Source: Eledone cirrhosa
Taxonomy: Eukaryota
Direction of reading: 5' to 3'
Length of the DNA: 64,000 bases
NCBI GenBank assembly: GCA_964016885.1
Contig: OZ024742.1
Coordinates: 126,604,001-126,668,000 of the forward strand
The notes under the pieces are model-generated. The model made no database searches. It saw only the letters and a program-made list of their open reading frames with translations, and was not told where the DNA came from. Positions 1-14,668 of this stretch are shown here, piece by piece. The number at the start of each line of letters is the position of its first letter. Position 1 is the stretch's first letter. The position numbers and the translations under genes were made by a program.

Positions 1-129
1 AATTCTACCTCCCAAGTAGGTCACAGCGGGATTTGAACGCAAAACGCAAATAGCTAGAACAAATAGTGCAATATGTCCTGTCTGATACTCTAACAAGTCT
101 GCTAGGTCACTGCTATGAATTGGTATTTT

Positions 130-383
130 AAGGTTAATATAACAAATCATGTGCTCATGCGCAGAGATGCTATAACAGCTTATAAAATAGGGTGAGATCC
201 TTAAACACGGAAAAGGAGGTTGCCATCGGCTGCTATAAGAAAGTATCTAGGAGATATGGGGTTCAATTCCTCACGGCGGCCGATGGCAACTTCTTTTCCT
301 GTCTTTTAAGGGTCTTCACCCTATTTTAGAAACTATTTTATAGCATCTCTGCGCATGAGCATACCATTTTTTATATTAACTTT
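130..383. mobile_element. MITE-like foldback element with ~100-bp imperfect inverted arms
   Basis: 130-232 (..tgctcatgcgcagagatgctata..aaaatagggtga..gttgccatcggctgc) is the reverse complement of 276-383 (gcggccgatggcaac..tcaccctatttt..tatagcatctctgcgcatgagca..); ~45-bp spacer; no coding capacity. Confidence 0.6.
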
Positions 384-619
384 GTATTCTCTGTGCTTAG
401 GGTCAGAAAGATCGACTACATATCTTAACTGGTATTTTATTTTATGTTCTAAAATAATGAAAGGTAAGGTGGACCTCGTCGGGATCTGGACTCGGAGCAC
501 AAAGAGCCGGAGCAAATACCACAAGGCATTTCCCCCTACGATCTGACTGTGAGAAGGGATAGTTTTAAGAATAATTTATGTATAGTCTCGTAACTCGCGA
601 TGGAGTCGTAGGGGAGCTA

Positions 620-905
620 TTGTGACACTTTAAACGTGTCTCGGGCATTTTAAAACTGGCAGAGCCAATCCACTCTCCAGGTCTGAACACAACCGGCTCC
701 CCCCAGAGAAGGAGATATTGAACGAGAGAGAGAAACGAGAAAGGGATATAGAGGAAGTATCGACTCCAGTATAGGACTGGTAATTTTTTCTCGACCAACC
801 AATATTGAAAGGCAAAGTTAAACTCGGCGGGATTTGAGCTCAAAGATCTGGAACGAATAATTCAAACCGTTCTATCCGATGTTCTATCGACTCTACCAAT
901 TCACA
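620..905 (-). mobile_element. tRNA-derived SINE, variant with internal GA-rich tract and a distinct 3' tail
   Basis: Core gaaaggcaaagttaaactcggcgggatttga shared with the main SINE; tail tttaaaactggcagagccaatccactctccaggtct recurs at ~23050-23085. Confidence 0.7.
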
Positions 906-1239
906 TGCTGTTTTGGAGACTAATATGGAATGGCAAAAGAAAAGTCTTGAATCTGAGGAAATCCCAAGACATTTTGTAGATGTTAATAATTTTGGTTGCT
1001 GTGACGAGTGAAGAAAATCTGACGTATAGGATGCAGGTCTTATGAATGAATTGCCGTCGGTTTCCACTATCCGTGTTCCAGTTGTTTAATCAATGGAACA
1101 GCCTGCTCGTAAAATTAACGTGGAAACAGCTGAGCATTTCAAAGCCACGTGTAACCTTAATGTAATTCGTAGGCATCGTCGATCCGATGGGCTTCCAAAC
1201 AAATATGACCATTTCTCTGATAAAATGACAAGGATATCT

Positions 1240-1570
1240 CACCGAGGTTAGCTCTGCCAATTACCTTAACGGGATCGATAAAATAAAGTGCCAATAAAGC
1301 ACTGGGTTGGTTTAATCGACTTTCCCCTCCCTTTCAAATTGCTGGCCTTGTGCCTAAATCAGAAACCATTATTATTATTATTAAAGGCAGTTGATTGGCA
1401 GTATTGGCAGAGTGTCGGACAACAGGCTTTGCAGCATATAGTTATGGCCCCTTACGTTCTGAATTAAAATCCGCTGAGGTTAACTTTGCCTTTCATCTTT
1501 ACGGAGTCGATAACAAAGTACTAGTAACGCACTAGGGTTGATTTAATCGATTTTCCCCCTGCCCTTAAAA
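1240..1570 (+). mobile_element. Two tandem tRNA-derived SINE copies joined by an (ATT)n tail
   Basis: First copy ends ggccttgtgcctaaatcagaaacc(att)n at ~1382; second has box A (tggcagtattgg), a degenerate box B and core gcctttcatctttacggagtcgataa. Confidence 0.8.
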
Positions 1571-1916
1571 TTATACATACATACAAGTCCTGGAGAGGAG
1601 ACAGGCACCACTAAGCATTTCTAAGGTAGACTGAAATACTATGTTAAACACAGTCAAACTGGCCGCAACAGTTACGGGGACTTGATTGACTGCAGTCCTC
1701 TTCAAGCGAACCTATAAGTTATAGACTTCTATTTACGAGTTTCCCAAATGTATTCATAGGATTACATTGTCCAATGTAAGTAAAGGACAATGATGTGTGA
1801 TTTAAGGAATATTTGATGGTGGCTATGGTGGTGGTGGGATTCTGAGAGAGAGAGGGGGCGGGAGTGATATAGAGGAAAGAAAAAGGGAAGAGGGAAAGAT
1901 GAAAGAAAGGGATAAA

Positions 1917-1960
<44 letters not shown>

Positions 1961-2299
1961 ACATAGTGGAACTAATTGTTGGATATATAATAGTTATAAA
2001 ATAAAAGTTCATACTAATTATTAAGGGTGTTGTTGTTGTTGTTGTTGCTGATATTGTTATTGTTGCAGTTGTTATTGTTGTTGTGGTTGATGTTGTTGAT
2101 GTTTTCGCTGCTGTTGTTGTGGTTGTTGATGTTACTGTTGCTGTTGTTGTTGTTCTTGTTGTTGATATTGATGCTTTGTTGTGGATGTTGTTGCTGTTGT
2201 TGATGTTGTGGTTGTTGCTGTTGTTGATGTTGTGGTTGTTGCTGATGTTGATATTGTTGTTGCTGCTGTTGTTACTTTTATTAATGTTGTTGTTGTTCT

Positions 2300-3660
2300 T
2301 AGTCCTGAGCCAGCAAACATATGTGATGAAAGGTGTTCCACCTATGACCATCCCATATGTTCTATCAAACACGGTGTATGTGGGTGGAACTACAGTATTC
2401 AGTATATTCTTCCGTTAAGACGGTGGGGTGTGGAAATGTGGCTGCTATTTCTAGGAGGCAAGCACGTTGAGGTTTAGTATTGGCGTGTTTTAAGGAGATT
2501 TAGCTGCTATTTCTAGGATGCCAGGCAAGCACGTAGAGGTTTAGTTTTGGGTGGGTTAGCAAGATTTGGCTGCTATTTCTAGTAGATCGAATAACCATAT
2601 AGAGGTTCCATCGTTCTCGTCCCCATAGATGTGTCATTATTGTTATTATTTAGCCCCGGGGAGCAATCTAAATATGGTCACCTTGTTTGTTTGGGGGGTT
2701 TATCAAGGACTACATTATCCAATATGGCAATTCATTTTATAACATATTCAAAATGAAGTATGTCATTTGAGGGAGATTTAGCTGCTATTTCTAGCGGGTT
2801 AGGCGACCACATTATCATGTTGTTGGGTATGTGATGTGTGGTTGGGGTTGTAAATGATGTGTTGACAGAAGTAGTAAACTGATACACAAACTGTTATTAA
2901 ATGGTGTAGTAGTAGTCTACTACTACTATTTATTTAACCCCAGGTCAGACCTGAATAAGGCAGATCTATGATCGAAACCATTCCAGTTGTGACGATCTCG
3001 TTTTACTTTTCAAACTAGACCTTCTTTTCTAAGACGGGAGTGTCGCGTGTGATTTGAAGGAGATTTGGCTGTTGTTTCTAGTAACTCATGCGGTCACGAT
3101 ACTATTACGGTTGTTGTGTAGTCCGGATGAACTCTGATAGAGCAGCTCTATGATGAAAGACATTCCATCCGTGACCATCATATCACTGGTGGGGTGCCTA
3201 GGGCTATATTATCTCAGTTATTAAGATTGTGGAGGTGTGATTTGCGGGACATTTGGTGGTTATTTCTAGCAATTCATACAATTACATTGTTATGATTATA
3301 GTTATTGTGAACGTCTCATTATTTGGGGTGAGGTTGTCTAGGGCTATATTATCTCCATTATTCGGATTGGCAGTATCGGTAGAGCGTCGGACAATATGCT
3401 TTGTGGTACAGAGTTACGGCCATTTACGTTCTGAGTTTAAATCCCGCCGAGCTTAACTTTGCCTTTCATCCTTATGGGGTCGATAAAATAAAGTACCAGT
3501 AATGCACTGCGATCGATACGATCGAATTTCCCCTCCGCCACAAATTGCTGACCTTGTGCCTAAAGTTGAAACAATTATTATGATGGTGGAGGTGTGATTT
3601 GAAGGAAGTTTGGCAGTAATTTCTAGCATAACGAATGACCACGTAGAGATGCCCTATGCC
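2300..3660 (+). repeat. Degenerate tandem cluster of a dispersed repeat (core gatttgagggagatttggctgctatttctag), ~7 copies
   Basis: Motif at ~2435, 2495, 2560, 2770, 3055, 3245, 3600; related copies at ~16445-16620 and ~30560-30610. Confidence 0.65.
3362..3580 (+). mobile_element. tRNA-derived SINE (main family)
   Basis: Box A tggcagtatcgg, box B-like gagtttaaatcc, core gcctttcatccttatggggtcgataaaataaagtaccag, tail ccttgtgcctaaagttgaaacaattatt. Confidence 0.85.
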
Positions 3661-3783
3661 GAACGATGATACTGGGGATCAGATCGGTAGCACTATATTA
3701 CAGCTGGTATTGATATATGATGAGGTGTAAAGAGACCCAAAACCCAAATCAAGCGCATCGTTTTGCATCGGTATACAGACACG

Positions 3784-3854
<71 letters not shown>

Positions 3855-3993
3855 ACGAAGGAAGTGTGGTAAGGAACCAGGTGGACCATAACGCACCAGA
3901 ATACTCAATACTTTGGGTAGTAATATATATATATATATATATATACGGCGTGGCGTGTCATGGGTCATCTACCATCAGGTCCTTACTTACTTC

Positions 3994-4108
<115 letters not shown>

Positions 4109-4545
4109 TGAACAATCGATCCCAAGATTCAACTTGTACTTTATTTATCGACTCGAAAGTTTGAAATCAGAGCGCTGAGGCATGATTATCTCTATTCTCA
4201 ATCACTCTGTGTCAGTGCTACTGCTAATATCTATCTATCTATATATATATATATATATATATACACATACATATGATGTGTGTGTGTGTACAAACATATA
4301 TACGATCGTGAGCCAAAAGCACTAACCACTAAACCACGCCCCTTCATTTACCAATACACACACAAATAGTAATTAGTAAAATCTCTAACGAAGGGCCCAC
4401 ACCGTTTAGAGTTTGTATTGCTGTACCATCTCTGCCCCTAAACATGCATTGTTGTCTTCTCAGTACGACGAAAACTTTATACATACATATATATATATAT
4501 TAATTCTGGCAATATTATTACACAAATATGACCCTCCCCAAGTAT

Positions 4546-4593
<48 letters not shown>

Positions 4594-4594
4594 A

Positions 4595-4758
4595 ATTAAA
4601 ATAACAGATTAAAGTTTAAGAGTGAAAGCAGCGATTCTTTGCTTAAACTTTAATCTGTTATTTTAATAAATATTTGCTCTACGGTTCTTATATATCTGAT
4701 ATATATATTTGTCCTTATCGAGCCTTCTTTGGACTTTAGTCTTCAAATTTATTATTAT

Positions 4759-4762
<4 letters not shown>
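4595..4762. mobile_element. Short (TA)n-flanked insert starting with a 26-bp inverted repeat (putative Penelope-like pLTR remnant)
   Basis: 4595-4620 is the reverse complement of 4642-4667; same family in the opposite orientation at ~20480-20575 and ~60040-60090. Confidence 0.55.
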
Positions 4763-4811
<49 letters not shown>

Positions 4812-6061
4812 CCACATATATATGTATATACATACAGGAAAGTTATGGGTGTGTTAATAATACAGTGAAGGGCTGATTCTCTTTAGGGTGAACATGTTGA
4901 ATGCTCATGTCTCGAAAATAAAAAGAAAAGAAAGAAGAAAGCAAGAGAGAGAGAGAGAGATGGAGAACGGAGCGCGAGAGAGAATGAGAATAATAATAAA
5001 AAATTGCTTGGCATTAAAAGAAACTAAAAGAACTGAACTTACGTGGATTGACTTCGTATGAAGAAACCATTGGAAGAGGTAGTTACACTCCGATAGAGTC
5101 ACTTTGAAGTTGATTATATATAATATATATTCTATATATACACATATATAATATATATATATATGTGTGTGTATGTATGTATAAAATGTGACACCTACTT
5201 CAAAAATTCCAACTACGATGAATTAATTCCTTACAATTTGAAAATATTTGTATGTTTATATATTGTAAATATTTGTATGTTTGTGTGTGCGCGAATGTAT
5301 GTATACGTAAATATATCACACGCGTATATATTATATAAATATATACATATACGCAACGTACATCTACATTTCTAATATAATTTCGTATTTTAAAAATGAA
5401 CTCTGTATAAGTTTTCTTTTCTACACTTTTCTCTATAAGAAAGTAAAGGAACAGTTCAGTTCATTCAGAATGTATTTACATATATATATATTTATATATA
5501 CTTAACTCCTGTTAGTAAATCTGCTACTGTATACTACTACTACTACTACTACTACTACTAGTAACAATAACGTAATAATGTCTAACAGGCAAGGTCAGTT
5601 TTGGATCCTTGTTTTCACTCCATTCTTTCTTTCTTTCTTTCTCTTTCTCTTCAGTTCTTCGACTGCGATGGACAGTAAGGGAAGCAGGGGGACAGGTTCG
5701 TGTGATGACAGCAAAAAAAATAAATAATAGTTTAACAATAAAAGAACAACAGCAGCAACAACAGCAACACGTCACCCTCCCCCTCTCCTCTCTCTTCCTC
5801 CACCTCTGATGATGAGGATGACTACTACTACTACTACTACTACTACTACTGCTGCTGCTACTACTACTGCTGCTGCTGCTATTACTGAATTGTTCTCATC
5901 TTTCTTTCTTTTCCTATTTATTTATTTATTTATTCATTTTCTGCAACTGACTCCAGCTGACATAACTTATAGAGTCGAGAGGAGAGTGGGAGTAAATGAG
6001 ATAGACAGACAGATAGATAGATAGAGAGATAGATAGATAGAGAGATAGATAGATAGTGATA

Positions 6062-6113
<52 letters not shown>

Positions 6114-6404
6114 AAGGGAGAGAGACAGATGGTGAGAATGAGTAGAAAATGAGTGAGATAGTAGATAGATAGAGGTGAGATAGATAGATAGAGAGAAAGA
6201 ATGAGTCAGAGAGATGGAGAGGGAGAAAGAGGGAGAGCAGAGAATGAGTGAAAGAGTGGGAGAGGAAAGAAGGAGAATGAGAGAGATAGAGATAGATAGA
6301 TAGATAGATAGAGAGGGAGAGAGAGAATGAAATGAAACCAATTACAGGAGAAAACGAGGAGAAATAGAAGAGAAAGTGGACGGGGGTGGAGTTAGTTGAT
6401 TCCA

Positions 6405-7340
6405 TCATCACCATCACCATCACCACTACAACTACCACCACCACCACAACAACCACTACAACCAGCATCACCACCACCACTGCAACTACCACCACCACCA
6501 CAACAACCACTACAACCACCATCACCACCACCACCACCACTGCAACTACCACCACCACCACAACAACCACTACAACCACCATCACCACCACCACCACTGC
6601 AACTACCACCACCACCACGGTAACAACCACTACAACCACCATCACCACCACTGCAACTACCACCACCACCACAACAACCACTACAACCACCACCACTGCA
6701 ACTACCACCACCACCACAACAACCACTACAACCACCATCACCACCACCACCACCACTGCAACTACCACCACCACCACCGTAACAACCACTACAACCACCA
6801 TCACCACCACCACAACAACCACTACAACCACCATCACCACCACCACCACTGCAACTACCACCACCACCACAACAACCACTACAACCACCATCACCACCAC
6901 CACCACTGCAACTACCACCACCACCACAACAACCACTACAACCAGCATCACCACAACCACCACTGCAACTACCACCACCACCACAACAACCACTACAACC
7001 ACCATCACCACCACCACCACCACTGCAACTACCACCACCACCACAACAACCACTACAACCACCATCACCACCACTGCAACTACCACCACCACCACAACAA
7101 CCACTACAACCACCATCACCACCACCACCACTGCAACTACCACCACCACAACAACACTACAACCACCATCACCACCACCACCACTGCAACTACCACCACC
7201 ACCACCACAACAACCACTACAACCACCATCACCACCATCACCACCACCACCGCAACAACCACTACCGCCACCACCACCATTACTACAGCAACCACTACAA
7301 CCACCACCACCACCACCACCATCACAATCACCATCACTCC
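6405..7340. repeat. CAC/CAA-based minisatellite, ~57-60-bp higher-order unit
   Basis: Unit accatcaccaccaccaccactgcaactaccaccaccaccacaacaaccactacaacc repeated ~15 times with triplet-number variation. Confidence 0.9.
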
Positions 7341-7665
7341 CAAGGTAAAGTACTCCATCTCTTTCCCTCTTTCCCCTCTCTCATTCATTCCCTTCTTTCT
7401 TTTCATTCTCTCGTTCACTCCCCTCACCACTCATACTCTCTCACTCACTCATACTCTTTCTCTCACACTCTCTCTCACACACTCTCTCCCCACTTCTATA
7501 TCTCTCTCATCACTTCTATCTCTCTTTCTCACATACACTCTTTCTCTTACACACTCTCTCTCTCTCTCTTACACACACACACACTCTCTCTCTCTTACAC
7601 ACACTCTCTCTTTCTCTTTCCTTTTTCTAGCATATTCTTTCATTCACACACCCACTTAAATTAGT

Positions 7666-7718
<53 letters not shown>

Positions 7719-7946
7719 ACTCTCACTCACTCTCACAGACTGTTTAACACTCTCTCACCCCCTCTCTGTCAGTAGAAACCGAGGTAACAAGTGATATTTC
7801 CTCCTCTCACCCACCTCCCACCTCCTCTGTTCCTTTACTCTCACGCTCCTCCCCCTTCTCCCATGATTTGATCGGCAAAACTTTTATGCAGAATCCCTGT
7901 CTCTGTGTTTGTATGTATGAGTGTGTATCAGTGTGTGAGTGTGTAT

Positions 7947-7992
<46 letters not shown>

Positions 7993-8078
7993 CTGCGTAT
8001 GTGTATGTATGTGTATGCATACATATATATACACGTGTATTGTGTGTGTGTGTGTATCTGCGTATGTGTATGTCTGTA

Positions 8079-8125
<47 letters not shown>

Positions 8126-8383
8126 GTGTATTGTCTGTATTTGTGTATGCATATATGTATATACACGTGTGTATGTGTGTATACGTACATGCATATATGT
8201 ATACACACATACACACGTGTATATACGTATATGCATACACAAATACAGACAATACACGTGTATATACATTTGAATATGTATGCATATATTTGTGTATGCC
8301 TGTGTATGCATATGTTTGTGTATATATGCGAGTGTGAATGCATATTTGTGTCTACATGCGGGTTTGTATGCATGTACACATGC

Positions 8384-8429
<46 letters not shown>

Positions 8430-8461
8430 AGAACAAAAGATGGTTAAAGGAGTTCCATGTA

Positions 8462-8528
8462 TTTTATTATGCGCATTTCAAAAACAAATATCATCATGCA
8501 ATAATATTTGTGTTTTCATCAGATAAAA
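8462..8528 (-). ncRNA. Type I hammerhead ribozyme motif (minimal, Penelope-type)
   Basis: Minus strand: UUUUAU CUGAUGA [aaacacaaauauu..auauuuguuuuu] GAAA UGCGCA UA/ AUAAAA; 6-bp stem I, long stem II, palindromic stem III. Confidence 0.85.
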
Positions 8529-9134
8529 CAGAAGGACATGATATGAAGGTTAAAAACACTTGTGGATAGTGCAGTTTTAAATCAACATATGAGAAGTAGT
8601 TTTAGATTGATGTGTGATATTGGGAAACATATTTTATTTAGAGGGGGGGGGGGTGGAAAGGATGAAAAAAAGAAGGAGATGAGAGTGAAGGTGGAGAGGG
8701 AGGAGTATAGTGAGGAAGGATGAGATAGGAGGAGAGATGGGTGATAGAGAGAGAGAGATAGTTTTTATAACTGAGAAAGATGTATTGTTTTACATAGAGA
8801 GGTTGAAAACCGTTGGAAGATAATGTATAAATTAAAAGAATTTGAAAATTAACGAAGAGAAAAATATGTGCGAAGAAAAAGAAGGAGTTAATATGTATTG
8901 AGAATAATGAGTTAGATGATAGGGAGAAAAGAATAATGGATTGAGGATAAATAAAATACATGGAACTCCTTTAACCATCTTTTGTTCTTATATATTATGT
9001 ATACTCCAGTCCTACAAATTGTAGAGTGCTTCTTATCCGATATCTGCATTGCTTTATTGTACTACAATAAAACTCACCTCCTACATATATATATATATAT
9101 ATATATAGTGAACAATTGTTTCACCTTAGCGGAT

Positions 9135-9174
9135 CCGAGCTGACGATCCGCTAAGGTGAAACAATTGTTCTCGG
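9135..9174 (+). ncRNA. Minimal type I hammerhead ribozyme motif
   Basis: CCGAG CUGACGA uccgcuaaggu GAAA CAAUUG UU/ CUCGG; 5-bp stem I, palindromic stem III, very short stem II. Confidence 0.75.
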
Positions 9175-9242
9175 TATGGTGAACTAGCTGATATATATAA
9201 ATAAGAAACGGAGAATCAGTGTTGCGACGAATAAAATTTATT

Positions 9243-9339
9243 AGACATATTACAATCGTTTCTCTAGCGACCAGCTCGAGGCACGATCGATGTAATGATC
9301 GAACCTGACTCTGAAATCGCAGGATCCTCAGATACGTCT
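9243..9339 (-). ncRNA. Type I hammerhead ribozyme motif with extended stem II
   Basis: Minus strand: AGACGUAU CUGAGGA [uccugcga..ucgcuaga] GAAA CGAUUG UA/ AUAUGUCU; 8-bp stem I. Confidence 0.8.
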
Positions 9340-9577
9340 CGATTCCACGAACCTCTGTAAGGGCATCGAGTGCTCAAACGGCCTACCGTTTACGGACGCT
9401 TTAAGCATCCAACACCAATTATATTTATATATATATATATATATGTATATATAGTAATTTATTCCAGGTTGAATCGGAGGTAACCACAGTAAGTAAGGTA
9501 CTCAATACATAGCAATACATAGCTGATGATTTCTCAAGAATGAAACAGTTCTAGTCCTGTAGAATCTCATCTATATT

Positions 9578-9668
<91 letters not shown>

Positions 9669-9724
9669 ATGTGTAAACATGTATATATATATGTATGTAA
9701 ATAAATTATATATATATATTATAA

Positions 9725-9913
9725 TTTTTTCTACCTTTTGGCACAAGGCCAGCAAATTACCCAGTACATTACTGGTACTTTATTTTATCGACCCCGTAAG
9801 GACGAAAGGCAAAGTTAACATTGGCGCGATTTGAACTCAGAATGGCAAGGAGCGTAACTCTATGCGTCAAAGCATAGTGTCCGACCCTCTACCGATACTG
9901 CCAATCCACCACC

Positions 9914-9915
<2 letters not shown>
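9725..9915 (-). mobile_element. tRNA-derived SINE (main family)
   Basis: Reverse complement of tail, core and box B/box A (ttgaactcag..ccgatactgcca). Confidence 0.85.
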
Positions 9916-9959
<44 letters not shown>

Positions 9960-10356
9960 ATATATACATGCGTGTGTGTGTATGTGTGTGCCTAATTAGT
10001 TAAGCAGACACGAGGTCAGACGTTAATAGAGACGGCCTACTGTACCACAATACTCAGATTTTCTCTAAAAGCAGCCTGTAATGTAAAATAACAGCAAGCG
10101 AGGATCGAAACCGGGATTCATACACTGTCCCCATACATCACCTTTCTCTCTTAAATTGGTACACATGTCACGCCTCCTCTTGTTCTGGTTGCCATATATA
10201 CATTATAAATACATGTATACAATGTACACACACACACACATACATATGTATATATAGACATATATATGTACACAGCAATAAACATATATAGACACAGGAA
10301 TATGTTTACAATATATCTGATATATAGATTGCCCCTCTCCACCCCCACTTCCCCAA

Positions 10357-10452
<96 letters not shown>

Positions 10453-10746
10453 TCATATATATATACACTTAGAAATTTATACTTATCCCTGAGACAATCA
10501 TACAAACATATACTCTCAAGAACATTTGTGAAATTAGAGACAGCTTCAGTTGTAATTAGCATAGAATGAGTTAAGTAGGAAGAGTTGAGAAGAGAGGGGG
10601 AGAACAGAGAGGAAGAGAGAGTAAAAGAGAAAGAACGAGGGCGAGAAGGAGAAAAAGAGAGGATAAAATTTATTGTGAAGTTGTCATTTGAGCACGTATA
10701 TTATACAAATGCATTCGGTAGTAGATAGTACGCAACAACGTGTTTA

Positions 10747-10820
<74 letters not shown>

Positions 10821-11124
10821 TATTGAGTTGTTTTTTTTAATATGAAACATTGAAGAGTAGTCTGTGTAAGGGTTACACGAATATTACAGATTCTCAAAAT
10901 GACTTTATGTGCAATGTGCGAGGCCGGATTTGCTCCAGCAAAGCTGGTCATAAAAGTCATCACAGAAACCACGTATAAAATGTCGTTTATGGTTTCTTTG
11001 GCATTTCTTCCTGTCGAAAGTATGGAAAACAATGTTCCTTGGCCGATGGAGCCCAATGGCATTTAAAAACTCACTGAAACAAAATAGGGAACCAAAGTAA
11101 ATAAATAAATAGTCTTAAAAGAAT

Positions 11125-11260
11125 CTGAGTGGTAAGAGAATTTATTTCACAATCGTGAGGTTGTAAGTTCGATTCCTGGACTGGGCGATGCGTTATGTCC
11201 TTGAGCAAGACACATTATTTCACGTTGCTCCTTCTACCTGGAGTTGCGACCGATAGAAAG
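11125..11260 (+). mobile_element. Second tRNA-derived SINE family (CORE-like), 5' part
   Basis: Box B gttcgattcc then tgtccttgagcaagacac (resembles the CORE gtgaccttgggcaagtcac motif); related pieces at 22715-22910 (+), 17690-17825 (-), 1060-1170, 11490-11595, 15060-15210, 16190-16320. Confidence 0.65.
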
Positions 11261-11326
11261 TATTAGCAATTGGAAAGACCAACGGAAACTTTGTTTCCTC
11301 GGTCCGATTTGACGAATGTCGATCGA

Positions 11327-11460
<134 letters not shown>

Positions 11461-12067
11461 TGCATCTCGATTTCAGTAACTGCCATTTCGAAGATGCTTC
11501 TTCCAGTTGTTCGATCACTGGAACAAACTGCTTACGTAATTGACATGCAAGTACCTGGGCATTCAAGAGACATGTATACCCTTAACGTAATACTTTGGCT
11601 AAAATTCCGACCACCACCACAACCACCACCGCCACCACCTGCATGTGTCACAACAGGCTGGTGAGATTTATGCGGTTTATGTTCAGTTTCAACATTTTTA
11701 ATTCGACGTTGGCAGGAAAATAAACCACATTTGCACAGGATAAGAATCCTAAAGCATCGACGTTCTGGAGATGAAAGACAGTACATAGAATTCATGTGAG
11801 ATCTGGGTGCTGAAAATATAATATGGGTGATAAGAGAAGGAGATACGTATATCTCGGGCGGAGGAATTATGCATCTAGTTCACTGGAGCAGGGAGTGTTG
11901 TAGTAATGGTAGCAAAAGTAAATGGAGGGCATCATACATCTGCAGGCCACGCCTTGTAGTGAGTTGGTGATTAATTCATTACAAACCAGTCGGATGGCGT
12001 TTTTATTGCATCTAGTCTAAATTGCCTGCATATGGAACAGTAACAATGCCACCCACCGTATATATAT

Positions 12068-12275
12068 ATATTGTTATACTTGGGGAGGGTCATATTGTTG
12101 TAATAATATTGCCAGATATAATAACGGAACACACTCACTGTTTGGTTGGTTTTCGCTTCTGTATCTTTTATATCTCCATAGTTAATTTATAACAACAATA
12201 TGACCTTCCCTAAGTATAACAATATTTGGTTCGACACACCAGGATTTTATGTCAAAAACCTTGCAAAACAAATTC
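12068..12275. mobile_element. (TA)n-flanked insert starting with a ~33-bp inverted repeat
   Basis: attgttatacttggggagggtcatattgttgt (~12070-12101) pairs with acaacaatatgaccttccctaagtataacaat (~12192-12223); family fragments also at 4505-4550 and 14002-14048. Confidence 0.55.
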
Positions 12276-14230
<1,955 letters not shown>

Positions 14231-14335
14231 AAACGAACATACCATACTCTTCTCTGTAAGAGCATAGAGTGCTCAACCGGCATACCGCCTATGGAAGCAT
14301 CTTAGCTATCAGACACACACACACACACACACATA

Positions 14336-14366
<31 letters not shown>

Positions 14367-14596
14367 ATTTTCATATTCTACCAACGTATTGAGTACCATT
14401 TTTAACTGTGGTTACTCCCCGACACCCCCTCAGGACCCTACATACATACACAGAAACACATATATTATATTGAGCAGATCCCTTAAATATTACATTAAAT
14501 AAAATAATCCTTAAAACAGAATATTAAAAAAATTCACCACTCCTTATCATGAAAAAGCACATTTAGGTATAAAAAGAAAGAAAGAAAGGTCAGTAA

Positions 14597-14668
<72 letters not shown>

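Noticed and set aside
5926-7348. 407-aa poly-Val and 320-aa mucin-like Thr/Pro ORFs
   Set aside because: Triplet minisatellite open in several frames; in-frame stop just upstream and no convincing acceptor
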